NCBI GenBank assembly: GCA_030390025.1
Contig: JASTWF010000695.1
Span: forward strand, 1 to 64,000
Length of the DNA stretch: 64,000 nt
Direction: 5' to 3'
Source of the DNA: Squalus acanthias
Lineage: Eukaryota
The notes beneath the pieces are model-generated. The model ran no database searches and was not told where the DNA came from. It saw only the letters and a list, made by a program, of their open reading frames with translations. This document shows, piece after piece, positions 10,395-22,841 of the stretch; within the stretch, counting starts at the first letter, position 1, and each line of letters starts with the position of its first letter. The translations under genes were made by a program, and so were the position numbers.

Positions 10395-13300
10395 AATGAA
10401 AACAGAACATGCTGGAAATACTCAGCAGGTCAGGCAGCATCTGCGGAGAGAGAAACCGAATTAACTTTTCAGGACGGTGACCTTTCGTCAGAACTTGAAT
10501 AAAGTTAGAGATGTAACAGGTTTAAAGCAAGTACAGGAGCGGGAAATTGGGGAGGGGAGGAAAGAACAAAAGGGAAAGTCAGTGATAGGGTGGAAGGCAG
10601 GAGAAATTAAATGACAAAAGGGATGACAGTGCAATGTAAAAGGGGATGGTAATGGGACAAGTAAAGAAACGAAAGACACAATCAAAATACTGCGGATGCT
10701 GGAAATCTGAAATAACAGAAAATGCTGGAAATGCTCAGCAGGTCAGGCAGCATCTGTGGAGAGAGAAACAGAGTTAACGTTTCAGGATGATGACCCTTCG
10801 TCAGAACTGGAAAAAGTTGGAGATGGAACAGGTTTTTAAGCAAATACAGGAGCGGGAAATTGGGGAGCGGTGGAAAGAACAAAAGGGAATGTCTGTGATA
10901 GGATGGAAGGCAGGAGAGATTAAGGGACAAAAGGGATGATGGTGCAAGGCAAAAGGAGATGGTAAAGAAACAAAAGATGAGTCTAGAGGAGGTGTTAATG
11001 GGAATAACAGGATCATCAGCAATAGCTACTGCAGGAAAACATTTGGGAGAGGTTATGATCTGATATTGTTGAACTCAATGTTGAGTTCAGAAGGCTGTAA
11101 AGTTCCTTATCGAAAGATGAAGTGCTGTTCCTCGAGTTTACCTTGAGCTTCATTGACCAGTGTAGGAGTTTGAAGACAGAGAGGTCAGAGTGGGAGTGGG
11201 GCACAGAATAAAAATAACAGGTAACTGGAAGCTTGGTGTCAGCTTGCGGACTGAACGGAGGTGTTCCACAAAGCGGTCACCAATCTGCGTTTGGTCCCCC
11301 CAAAGTAGAGGGGACCACATCGTGAGCAGCGAATGCACGATACTAAATTTAAAGAAGTACAAGTAAATCGCTGTTTCGCTTGGAAGGATTGTTTGGAGCC
11401 CTGGATGGTGGGAAGGGAAGGGGTAAAATGGCAGCTGTTGATTCTCCTGTGCTTGCACGGGAAGTTGCTGTGGGAAGGGGAGGGGGTGTTGTGGGTGATT
11501 GAAGAGTGGAGCAGGGTGTCGCGGAAGGAATGCTGAAAGGGGAGGGGAAGAAATGGCAGAAATGGTGCAGGTTGATCTGTTGAATGTGGAGGATGCTGGG
11601 GTCGAAGGTGAAGACAAGGGGATCCTATCGTGGTTCTACGAGGGAGGAATGGGGCGAGAGCAGAGGTACGGGCAATGAAACGGAGAGTTCGAGGGCACTT
11701 TCCACCATGGTGGAGGGGAATCCTCGGTTGAGGAAAAAGGAAGACATATCGGAAACACTAGGATGGAAGGTGGCATCATCAGAACAGATGCGAATGAGAT
11801 GGTGAAACTGGGAGAATGGAGTAGAATCCTTACAGGAAGCAGCCTGGGAGGAAGTGAAGTTAAGTTATCTGTGGGAGTCAGTGGGCTTATAGCGGACATT
11901 GGTCGATAGCCTATCCCCAGAAATGGAGAGAGAGAGATGTCGAGGAAGGGAAGGGAAGAGTCTCAGATGGACCATGTGAAGGCCAGGGAAGGGTGGAAAT
12001 TGTAAGCAAAGTTGATGACATTTTCCAGTTCGGCACAAAAGGAGGAAACGACATCGATACAATCATCAATGTACCGGAATCAGATGTGAGGGATGGGACC
12101 TGAGAGGAATGGAACAAAGAATGTTCCACATAGCCCACGAAATGTCAAGCACAGCTAGGACACATACGGCTTCCCATAGCAACACCATTTATTTGGAGGA
12201 AGTGAGTGGAGTCAAACGAGATGTTGTTTAATGTGAGAACAATTTCAGCCAGGCGGGGGAGAATGGTGGTGGATGGGGACTGGTTGACCCTCCATTCAAG
12301 GAAGAAGCGGAGAATCTTCAGGCCATCCTGGTGGGGGATGGAGGTGTAGAGTGATTGGACGTCCATGGTGAAAGGGAGATGGTTAGTGCCAGCAAACTGG
12401 AAACTGTTCAAGTAGTGGAGGGCATCATAAGATTCATGGATGTCGGCATGAAGAGGCTGGATAAGTTGAGAAAAAAAGTCGAGATAGGAAGGAATCATTT
12501 CCGTGGGGCAAGAACAGGCTGAAACATTGGGTCTACCAGGGCAGTCCTGTTTGTGGATCTTGGGAAGGAGGTAGAATCGGGCTGTGCGGGACTAAGAGGT
12601 TGGAGGCCATTGAGGAAAGATGAGGTCAGTGACCGTCTTTGAACCGATGGCTTGACGTTCGGTGGTGGGGTCTTGGTCCACGGGGAGTTAGGAGGTGGCT
12701 TCAGAGACTGGGCGTTCAGCCTTTGTTAGAGGTCGGTTCGCCAATCAACAACAGCGCCACTCTTGTCAGCAGGTTTAATGACAATATTAGGATTAGATCC
12801 GAGAGAATGGATCGCTGTTCCATTTCAGAGGGAAGTAGATTAGAGTGAGTGAGTGGAGCAGAGAAACTGAGACGGCCGATGTCACGCTGGCAGTTCCCAA
12901 TGAAAAGATCTAGAGACGGTAAGAGACCAGAGCAATGGGTATAGGGGGAATGAGAATTCTGAAGATGGTAGAAAGGATCCACTGAACGGGGGCAGATTCT
13001 GGCCAGAGAAGTGGGCACGGTGGTGAAGGTGATGGAAGATTAGCGCAGCATTGTGCCGATCTCGAATTTCATTGAGATAGGGGCGTATGGGATGCTGATC
13101 TTATGGGGTCAAACACGGCAAGGGCTGAAATTGGAAGTTCGATGTCAGCTCGAGGAACAGCTCCTCATCTATTGATTCGACACTTTACAGCCTTCCGGAT
13201 TCAACATTGAGTTTAACAATTTCAGATCATAACTTTGCCCGATTTTTTTCTGATGGCAGCCATTGCTGATGATTCTGCTGTTCCCATTTACACCTCCACT

Positions 13301-13580
13301 AGACCCAACTTTTGTTTCTTTATTTGTCCCATTACCATCTCCTTTTGCTTGGCACCATCACCCCTTTTGTCATTTATTCTCTCCTGACTTTGCATTTGTT
13401 CTTTGCTCCACTCCCAGCTTTCCCGCCTCTGTACTTGCTTAAAAACCTGTTACATATTTTTCCAGCTCTGCCAAAAGCTCTGTCTGTGTCTCCAAAGATG
13501 CTGCCTGACCTGCATAATATTTCCAGCATTTTCTAGTTTTATCTCAGATTTCCAGCATCAAAAGTGATTTGCTTTTGATG
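10395..13580 (-). mobile_element. Degenerate Penelope-like element (family A) with tandem pLTRs and inverted 5' copy
   Basis: RT motifs FTMDVQSLYTSIPHQDGL and QINGVAMGSRM, plus GIY-YIG remnants. Tandem pLTRs at about 10400-10680 and 10683-11000; inverted copy at about 13135-13580. Confidence 0.85.
10772..10808 (-). ncRNA. Minimal hammerhead ribozyme motif (second, degenerate copy at 10459-10495)
   Basis: Minus strand AGTT-CTGACGA-agggtcatcatcct-GAAAC-GTT-AACT. Confidence 0.65.
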
Positions 13581-15590
13581 TAATAAAGAATAGTCAACAC
13601 GGATTTCAAAGAGATGGTCACGCTTTACCAACGTAATTGAAATAATGAAGAAGTTACAGAAAATGTAGACAAGGGTAATGTAGGTGTAATGTACGTGGAT
13701 TCTAAAAAGGTCTTCGATAATTTAGCACATCGTAGAAACAGGACTGACGTCAGACGATGTGGAGTCAGAGGACAAGTAGCAGAATAGATAGCTAGCTGGC
13801 TACAAAACAGAAAATAGAGCTTTGGGGTTATAGGTCGTGACTCAGACTGGTGGAAGGTCAGAACTGGTATTCCACAGGGACCGGTGCAGGAACTGCTGTT
13901 CATCATTTACATAAACGATTTGGACTTGGGATTTGGAAGTACAATTTTAAATTTATGGAGGACACCAATCTGGGGGCTATAGTTAATACCGAGGAAGATT
14001 GCAACAAAATATTAGAAGACATTGGGCCAAAAATTCATCCCGCGACGCGAGAGTACGCATTGCGTACTCTCGCGTATTCCCACTCCAATTGCCGGTTTTC
14101 TGCATGCCCTGCGCATGCGCTGAAAACCGGCAATTGCTCTTTTGAAAAGGGGGCGGTTCCTCGGTGCATCGCGTGCGCGCTACAGGCTGCGCGCACGCTG
14201 TGCACTTCATGCTTTGGACGCGCAGGTAAGTACGGAAGATTTTAGAAATGGAAAAAGGAGGAGTAAGACCCACTTTTAAGAAGGTAAGTAGTGAATTAAG
14301 TATTTTTTTGAATTTTTTTTAACAGGTATGTCTTTTTTAGAGACTTTAAAGACAGGTAAGTTTATTTTTATAACTTTTTAAAAGATTTTAAATTTTTTCA
14401 AAAATTTAATTTTTTATTTAAAATGGTTAATTTAATTAACTATACTTATTTTATTAATGTGATGGTTTTTTTTTAAATTTAATTGAGGTTTAGCTGTTAT
14501 TTTGGGGGGGTGTAAGATTCATAGCTTTCACAGCACGTATGTGAAACTTATGAATGGAAGATGGTGTGCTGCCATTGGCTCTAACTGAGTCACGTGATCC
14601 CACAGCTCGCACGAATTCACTACGCCGGTGGGATACGCAAGCACTGCCCAGCTGATGTCTGGAACATCAAGTTCGTGCGAGCTGGATCTGAAAAAGCACA
14701 AGCGGAGTGAGACAACGCGGGGAAGCCTTACCCCCGCGGGAACAGAGCGAGATCAATTTCTGGGCCAATAATTAACTTGCAGAATGGGCGTGTAAAAGGA
14801 AAATAATTTTAATATAGGTAAGTGTTAGGTGGTGCATTTTGATAGGCGGCATAAGGAGGCCACATAATCCTTCGAAAATAAAAGCTTAATTGGGATCGAG
14901 GAACAAAAGATGCACTTTAACTAATAATTAAAAGTAGCAACGGAAGTTAACAAGGCCACAAAAACGCAAACAAAGCCCCGAGGTTCAATTCTAGAGGAAT
15001 TTAATTGAAAAGCAAAGACATTACTTTAGACCTGTATGGAAACTTGGTTTAGAACACACTTAGAGTAATGTATAGTGTACTGGTCACCATATTACAAAAA
15101 GGATATACAAGCACGGGAGAAGGTGCAAAAAATGATTTACAAGAATGATACCAGAATTCAGAGGTTAGAACAATCAAATAAGACGGAACAGGCTGCGGCT
15201 CTTTTCTCCAGAAAGAGAAGGCTGAAGAGATCTTTAAAATTATGAAGGGAATAGATAGGTAGACATAGAGAAGATGTTTCCAATTGTGGGGAGTCCAGAA
15301 CAAGGTGTCATGAATATAAAATAGCCGCCAGTCCAACAGGGAATTCAGGAGAAACCTCTTTACACAGAGAGTGGTTAGAATGTGGAACTTGCTCCCACAT
15401 AGAGTAGTTGAGGCGAATAGCGTAGATGCCTTTAGGTGAAGCTGCATAAGTACACGAGGGGGAACTGAACAGAAGGATATGGAGATAGAGTTAGATGAAG
15501 TACGGAGTGAGGAGGCACGTGCGGAGCATAAACATCACACAGACCAGTTGGGTCAAATGGCCGGTTTCTGTGCTGTAGATTCTGTGTAAA
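13580..15590 (+). mobile_element. Old CR1 ORF2/3' fragment interrupted by a MITE
   Basis: Degenerate RT (gtggattctaaaaaggtcttcgataa; ccacagggaccggtg) resumes at about 14770 after the insertion. Confidence 0.7.
14022..14768. mobile_element. Non-autonomous TIR element (MITE; possibly PIF/Harbinger-type)
   Basis: Imperfect 22-bp TIRs ttgggccaaaaattcatcccgc / gcgagatcaatttctgggccaa; inserted into CR1; internal palindromes and an AT-rich core. Confidence 0.65.
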
Positions 15591-15653
15591 ATCTCCCGAG
15601 TAAAGCCTCGCGAATAACCCTGCAGTAATTGAGCAGATAGAAAGCGCCCTTAC

Positions 15654-15968
15654 CTGAACACACCACCCTCACATCTTCTTTATGAGTGCAGTCGTGGTTA
15701 CCCCACGGTGCTGAGGGACATTCCCAGAGAAACGATTCGTTACCCGAACAGCTCAGTTCATCCAACCAAACTGGGCCTGAGCCTGGTCCACAAGCAGCAG
15801 GAAGTTCCACGTCCACCGCATTTCCGCAACCCAGCTGTTTGCAAACCACGTCAGCGTCGGCCAGGTCCCAGGAATCATCACAAACTGAGCCCCAGATCCC
15901 ACTGTAATAAACCTCCACTCGCCCAGCACATGGGCTTCCACCGTCGGACAGCCTTAACTGCACGTGTC
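15654..15968 (-). CDS. SRCR domain 5 exon
   Basis: [35 protein letters not shown]...EDVRVVCS; 315 nt. Confidence 0.93.
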
Positions 15969-16589
15969 CTGTTGGAGAACAATACAGGAGGATTATACTT
16001 CCAATATACATTTATCACATCACTCAATCCAAACATTGCTGCTTCTCCAGTTTATGAAAAAGGTGCTTTTAATGTGTCTGTGACAGGTACATGATATTAT
16101 ATCCCCAAACATCTGTCTGCACTTACATATTACATAGAATTATATAGAATGTACAGCACAGAGTCAGGCCATTCTGCCCAAAGGGTCCAATCCGGTATTT
16201 ATGCTCCACACGAGCCTCCTCCCACCCCACTTCCTCTAATCCTTTCAGCATAACATTCGATTCATTTCTCCATCGTTCGATTTATTGCCTCCAGTTCTCC
16301 CGTTTGGTTTCGAATGCTGTGCACATTGTTGTACAGACAATTTAAATTGTTTTTATTAGTTGTTCCACTCACCTTATTTTTAACAATCAATTTATAATTA
16401 TGCTCTATAAGTGTATCTGTTCCCTAACCGTTAATGTTACCCATATTCATTACCTTGGTCTGATATTTACTCGCATCTCCTATTTCTTTTATCTTCAGGC
16501 TTATGTTAATTTCACCAGATTCCTCCCCCCGTCATACCAGCTTACAGTCTTATCCACAGCTTTATTTATCACTTCCGCTGCACACTGCG

Positions 16590-16945
16590 CACTGCAGAAT
16601 GCAACGTGCGGAAGTACAAGCCCAGAAAATCTGTCTACACGTAAATACAGCATATTGGAACTGACATCAGTCCGTCCCCAGAATATCTGTCCTAATTTAC
16701 ATACTGCATTATGCAACTTACACAAGTACATCTCAATAACATCTGCTCACACTTACACACTGCATAATGGAACTTACACCATTTCAGCCCCAGAACGACT
16801 GTCTACATTCACATGCTGTATAATGACACTTAGACCAGTACATGCCAAAACATCTGTCCACACTTATACACAGCATAATGGAACTTACACCAGTGAATCT
16901 CCTGCACATCTGTCTACACATTTATGCTGCACAATGGAACTGATT
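16590..16945. repeat. Degenerate ~48-bp tandem repeat
   Basis: Recurrent ..catctgtctacacttaca..tgcataatggaacttacacc.. Confidence 0.6.
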
Positions 16946-16959
16946 TGCAAACTCGGCGC

Positions 16960-17512
16960 GCATTTGACCGCCGAGCTGAGCTTCCAATCCCACGTGCTCT
17001 CCGTCACAAAGACCGCCAACTTCCACCTCTGTATCATCGCTCACCTCCGTCCCTGCCTCGGCCCATCTGCTGCTGAAACGCCGTCCTCCCATCCTGCACC
17101 CTCCATAACCTGCAGCTCACCCTAAAATTCCTGATATCCTGACCCGCACCAAGTCCCACTCACCAGCATCCCTGTGTTCACTGGTCTCCATTGGTTTCCT
17201 GTCCGCCAAAGCCTCCAGTTATAAATTACCGTCCTCATGTTCAAATATCTTCATGGACTTGACCCCCCCACATCACTATAACCGACTCCAGCCCTAATCA
17301 TTTCGGGAACTCTACTGTTCTCCAAATTTGGCCTCTTGTGCCTCACCCACTTCCTTCCTGGTTTAAGACCACCTCTTGAAACCTACCCAAATGGCCAGGC
17401 TTTTAGTCAGCTGTCCTAATACATTCGGCTTTCTCTGTTGTCTCCCTGTGAGGCACCTTACGACGTTTGTCTTTCGTATAACGCGCTATATAAATGCAAA
17501 TTCGCGTTGTTT
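16960..17512 (+). mobile_element. L2-type LINE 3' fragment
   Basis: ELSFQSHVLSVTKTANFHLCIIAHLRPCL..SAAET; tail gcgctatataaatgcaaatt..gttgtt. Confidence 0.65.
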
Positions 17513-17664
17513 TTCAGTTCTGCCCGAGTCCTCTCTCTTTGCTTTCACCCCCTGAGTTAAATAACTGGTGTAGAGACACGAGGAACAAGTGACCAATATT
17601 AACACTGTTATAGCAGATTAGATATTCCCCTTTATGGTTCTGTAAAAGTGAACCATTTGTTCAC

Positions 17665-17979
17665 CTGAACACAGGACCGCTACGCCGATGCTGTCATTGA
17701 GAGATGGATTCAATGTGAATGAGCTGCAGTTCCGGAGCTGAGACTCGTTTCCTTCACACTGGACATCATTCACCCACACGGGCCCTTCACTCTCTCCGTA
17801 CTTTGAAGAGTGAAAAGCGGCTATCGCAAAGCCGCAGCCCAGCTGTCTGCAGACCACGTTTGCATCATTTAGGTCCCAGAGGTTGTCCCGCACTCTTCCC
17901 CAGCTGCCGTTGCATTAAATCTCCACTCGCCCGTCACAGCGGCTTCCCCCATTAGTCAGTCTCGGCGGCCAACCTTCAT
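17665..17979 (-). CDS. SRCR domain 4 exon with premature stop; lacks Cys2/Cys7
   Basis: DEGWPPRLTNGGSRCDGRVEI*CNGSWGRVRDNLWD...VAVLCS; TAA at 17915-17917 where Tyr is expected; 315 nt. Confidence 0.9.
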
Positions 17980-19130
17980 CTACAAAAATAAACACATTGA
18001 GAGCAACGGTTAAACTGAGCCAAAATATTCCATAATTTACTAACTCTCACCCGCACTGTTATTATTAATTTTAATGATTACATTGCTGTAATAATTACCC
18101 ACAAGGCTTGTAGGCAGATCCTCTCCGCCTTTACCTTTTCTCAGTGAATTGATTTTAGAGAGATGCCGAGCAGCTTCCGGAGGCTAATCTGGGGAAAGGG
18201 GCTTAAAACAAACTGGGGGCGGGCGGCCCAGGCCGGCTATTGATATGAGCTGTGATCAAAGGCAGGAGCACGGGCTTAGAATGGGTCCCGGATGCTCACA
18301 GTTCAGCTGATGTGGAGAGAAACAAACAGAAGTGTCATTGATAGAGCGCTTCCCAGGACGGCCCAAAGCTCTTCACAGACACTGAAGTCCTTCTGATTTG
18401 CAGTCACTGCGACAGCGGCGGGACAGGCCGGAGGGGCTGAAGGGCCTCCTCCTGTCCACATGTTGCGATGTTTTAATGTGTAATTTGCGCTCAGTCAGTT
18501 CCCACAAACAGCAATGAGATAACGGACAAGATAATCTGTTATAAGGTGGCGCTGGTTTATGATAAATGTGTTCCAGGACACCGGGATAATTGTGATGTGT
18601 GTAAAGTTCGTGAAATAATCAGAGAGACAGCGCAGTTTATGGATATTAAAACTCATCTCGCACTATTTATCTGGCAAGAAATTAACAGAATTTTCTGTTA
18701 AAATACAGCTGATCTCTGCGGAGAATTCTATGTTGATTCATATTTGAACCGGTAACATTGATAACGGTTCCAATACTGGTGCAGTTATTCCGTGCAATAG
18801 CAGTTGTCCCGGGGGCTTTTTGCCGTTTCAATAGCTGTTGGTGGCGAACGCTGGGTAATGCTCTGAATTTACAGAGATTTACACCGTAACACGAGATTTG
18901 TATTTATTAAGTGTGCACCGGATTGAAACCCTTTGATTCATTGCTAATTTACTTCAGACCAATCGACCGACACACACAGCTCAGACTCGCTTAGTGTCAG
19001 AGGAAGAAGGTGATCTTGATCAGTAAAACCAGTGAATCAGTGACTTACAGAAATAGAGCCACTGGTGTGAGACTCTGCTCGACAGGAGAACAGTTGTTGT
19101 ATTTCAGTTCAATAGACTGAGTGGACTCAC

Positions 19131-19445
19131 CCGAGCAGATGATACTGGCGTCATTTCCATGTGAGCAGCGAAACTGATCCCAGGATGAAACCGGACAATC
19201 CCACAATCGGGACTCGTTCCCCCGGCACCTGTAGTTCTCCTTCCACACTGGGCCGGTTCCCTCCCCAAAGTGAGCTGCTCCCGGGGTTGCGGTGACTGCC
19301 CCGCACTGAAGGTGCTCACAGACCACGCTGGCGTCTTCTAAACCGAAGTAAACATCACACAGCGTCCCCCACTGGTCTCCATGTAGCACTTCCAGCCGGC
19401 CGGAGCACCTGTTCTCCCCACCAACCAATCGGGGTCCATGGTTCC
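19131..19445 (-). CDS. SRCR domain 3 exon
   Basis: GNHGPRLVGGENRCSGRLEVLHGDQWGTLCD...DASIICS; 315 nt; canonical splice sites. Confidence 0.92.
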
Positions 19446-19639
19446 CTGTTTTGGAAACAAATACAGATTCAAATTGATTGTAAATCACCTTTAGTATATA
19501 TACGGGGCAAAATAGAAAACAGGGGAAGCTTATCCACCACACTCGCATATCCGTAATTTATCAAATAATTATTTATTTGTAACAATCAAATTTACTGCAG
19601 GACCCCGTTAAGAAGTTGTCTGATAACTCAAAGTTGACA

Positions 19640-20690
19640 GCTCTTCCTGAAAAACTAATGGAATGTTGGCCTTTACCCCAAGGGGCTTGGAATATAAAAG
19701 TGAGGAAGTGATGTTTCAGTTGTACCGAGTCTTGGTCAGACCCCATCTGGGGCACTGCTGTCAGTTTTGGGCACCGCATTTCAGAAAAGCTATATTGGCC
19801 TTGGAGGTGGTGCAGCGCAGATTGAGCAGAATGACAACAGTGCTTAAAGTGATGGAGGGACTGGATGTTTAAGGTGGTGGATGGGCAGGCAATCAAGTGG
19901 ACGGCTTTCATCTGGATAGTGTCGAAATTCTTGAGTATTGTTGCAGCTGCACCCACCCAGGCAAGTAGAGAGTATTCTATCAACTCATGGCCTGCACCTT
20001 GTCGGTGGTGGAGAGGCTTTGGAGAGTCAGAAGGTGAGCCACTCGCTGCAGAATACCCAGCATCTCACCTGCTATATTCGCCATGTGGCTGGCCCAGTTG
20101 AATTTCCAGCGAATGGCCACACCGAGGATATTGATGGTGGGTGGGCCGGCGATGGTAAAGCCAATTAATGACAAGAATAGGTGGTTAGACTTTGTCATAT
20201 TGGAGATGGTCATTGCCTGACCCTTGTGTGACACGAATGTTACTTGCGACCTATCAGCCCAAGTCTGGACAATGTCCACGTCTTGGTGTAAGTGGGCGTG
20301 GCTTGCTTCATTATCTAAGGAATTGGAATGGAGCTGAACACTCTGCAATCATCAGCAAACAGCAACACTTCTGACGTTAAGTTGGAGGTAAGGCAAATTA
20401 CGAAGTAGCTGACGATAGTTGGGCCAAAGACTGAAATTTGGAAAAAACTTTTCACATAAAGGGGAGTGGAAATCTGGAACTTCTCCACCTGCTCCCCAAA
20501 GGAGAGGCTTTGCATGGTGTGTTCAATCGAAATGTTCAAGACTGTGATATATTTTTGTCAGTTAAGGTTATCAAGGAATATGGTTCAAAGGCAGATAAAT
20601 AGAATTGAGGTTCATATGAATCATGATCTAATTCAATGACCGAACAGTCTAGAGGTACTGTATGCCCTATTTCTGATCATATGGATTTGT
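19640..20690. mobile_element. CR1 fragment (+) interrupted by a family-B LINE fragment (-, about 19860-20370)
   Basis: LYRVLVRPHL on plus; minus KFNWASHMANIA..LQRVAHLLT; CR1 tail at about 20430-20690. Confidence 0.65.
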
Positions 20691-21417
20691 TTCCCATCAT
20701 ATCAGCTGTGGGGAGTAAAGTGCATAGATTCTATAATATAACTGCCCAATCTTCTCCCTCTGGCCTGATTGTACTGACCAGTGCGGGAGTACAGCCGCCC
20801 TCTGATACCCTGCTGTTCAGTAAGTGTGACTCTGGACAGGGTGGGTCGAAAGGCTATTGCCGTGTGGACAATTAATGGGGCCTGGTGTTCACATCAAAGT
20901 ATCTAAACAGTTCAATGCATGTTTATGAAGTCAATGTCCGAATTTTGGGGACAATGGTCAATTATCTTGGTCAGTGAACAGTTAATGAGATAAGTGATCA
21001 GTGTCGTGTTAATATGATTGATGCTAATTAAAGTGACTGTACTACTGAGAAGTTCAGTGCGGGTCTCCTAAGTCAGTGTACCGGCAAAGGTGACAGTGCA
21101 CGGCTGGTGACATCATTGCGCCGTTAATCAAGTGAATGTCGGGCTAATGACCGCAGTGCAGGCGCCATCACACAGGAGCATCAGCAATGGAAATGGTGCC
21201 CGGGGTGGAGGTCAGTGCCGGTTTAATGACGTCAGCGGGTGGGTAAGGAGCGCAGTGCAGGGATCAGAAAGTCCGCGTTCGGGCAACGAAGACAATCGAC
21301 CGCCCGTAACATCAGTGCACGAGAAATCAAGTCAGAACTCAAGGGATGGTTAACGAAAAAGGGCACAAACTGATGACGTCAATGCACGGTTCATCAAGTT
21401 AGCTTATTTTTAAAAAA

Positions 21418-21956
21418 CTGAGAAGTCGCACAACACCAGGTTATAGTCCAATAGATTTATTTAATTTTACAAGCTTTCGGAGCGGTGATACACGACAGCG
21501 CAAAATCATAGAGCACAAACTGATAGCCAAGTTCCGCACTCATGAGGATGGCCTCAATCGCGATATCGGGATCGTGTCACGATACAGAACGTGACTTGAC
21601 ATCATGGCCGGTCTTCCCAGGTGTTTTTTTTTTTTAAAAGACGAACACAAGAACCAACACAAATTGACAGGATATGCAGCCAGCAGGTGGTTTGACACAT
21701 TGGACCCCCTGGGACACATCTCATTGTCTTGGCTGTGCTCGTAGTGTGTCTTTGATGTAGGGAAAGATTTGAATAGATTTTGTCTGTGTTTAAATTGTGA
21801 ATTCTTGGAGATTCTCTCACTGCTAACTTACCTGAGGAAGGAGCGAACCGCTCCGAAAGCTTGTAAAATTAAATAAATCTGTTGGACTATAACCTGGTGT
21901 TGTGCGACTTCTCATTTTTGTCCACCCCAGTCCAACGCCGGCATCTCCACATCATG
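21418..21956 (+). mobile_element. Short PLE (family B) 3' fragment with inverted pLTR and hammerhead motif
   Basis: C-terminal remnant DTRQRKIIEHKLIAKFRTHEDGLNRDIG; 21418-21486 is inverted at 21848-21915; HHR TTAC-CTGAGGA-aggagcgaaccgctcc-GAAAG-CTT-GTAA at 21828-21866. Confidence 0.75.
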
Positions 21957-22526
21957 ACCTCTATTTTTAACAAGGGTTCTGAGTTGTTAGTTAAGTCAAC
22001 CTGTGGTTAATGAAGTCAACCTAGAATTAATGAATGCAACCTATGGTTAATAAAGTCTGTAATTTGTTAATGAGTCAACGTACATTGAAAGATGTGCACG
22101 GTCAATTATGTCAGCCTGTGATTAATGAAGATAATCCATAGCGAATGAGGCGGTGTCCTATTAATGAACCGACTGTGATGGTCTATGAGGTGGGCGCAAG
22201 ATTAATGAGACAGTGCGCGACTAGTGAGTTGTTAGACACCGATTGCTACATCAACTGTCTAAGTGAGAAATACGTTCGCTGCAGGCGGTAAATAAACTAG
22301 CAACAAATCTGCTTACTTCAGAAAAAATCTTTAAGTTTAGAAACGTTTTATTGACAAATAATTGCGGATACTTTGACGTGTTAGGCCAGACGTATAACAA
22401 TAACAGTAAACTGTAAGGACTAGTTTATATATGACCGTGTTAGAGTGAAAGACAGGAATGTCATCTTCCTCAGTTTTCCCAATATTAAGGAGGAAGTTGT
22501 CTGTTGTTCAGTAAGTCTGTACTCAC

Positions 22527-22841
22527 CGGAACAGATCACACTGGCATCGTTCCTGTGGGTGCACTCGTGGTTATTTACTGGAGAAAGAGGGCAGTCCGTC
22601 AGACTTGTCTCGTTGCCTGTACATTCAAAGACATCACTCCGTAGAAGTCCAGTGCCCTCTCCAAAATAAGCCCCTCTTGGCACGGACACCGCCACTCCAC
22701 ACTGAAGCTGAGCACAGGCCACATTGGCGTCATTCAAATCCCAGTGAAGGTCACACACTGTTCCCCAGGTTTCACCGTACTGGATCTCCAGTCTGCCCGA
22801 GCATGGGGAGTCTCCGGATACTAGTCTAGGAAATCTGTGAT
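22527..22841 (-). CDS. SRCR domain 2 exon
   Basis: DHRFPRLVSGDSPCSGRLEIQYGETWGTVCDLHWD...DASVICS; 315 nt; cag|...|gtgagt. Confidence 0.92.

Noticed and set aside
16400-17125. 241-aa plus ORF
   Set aside because: Composed of degenerate tandem repeat plus an L2 fragment.
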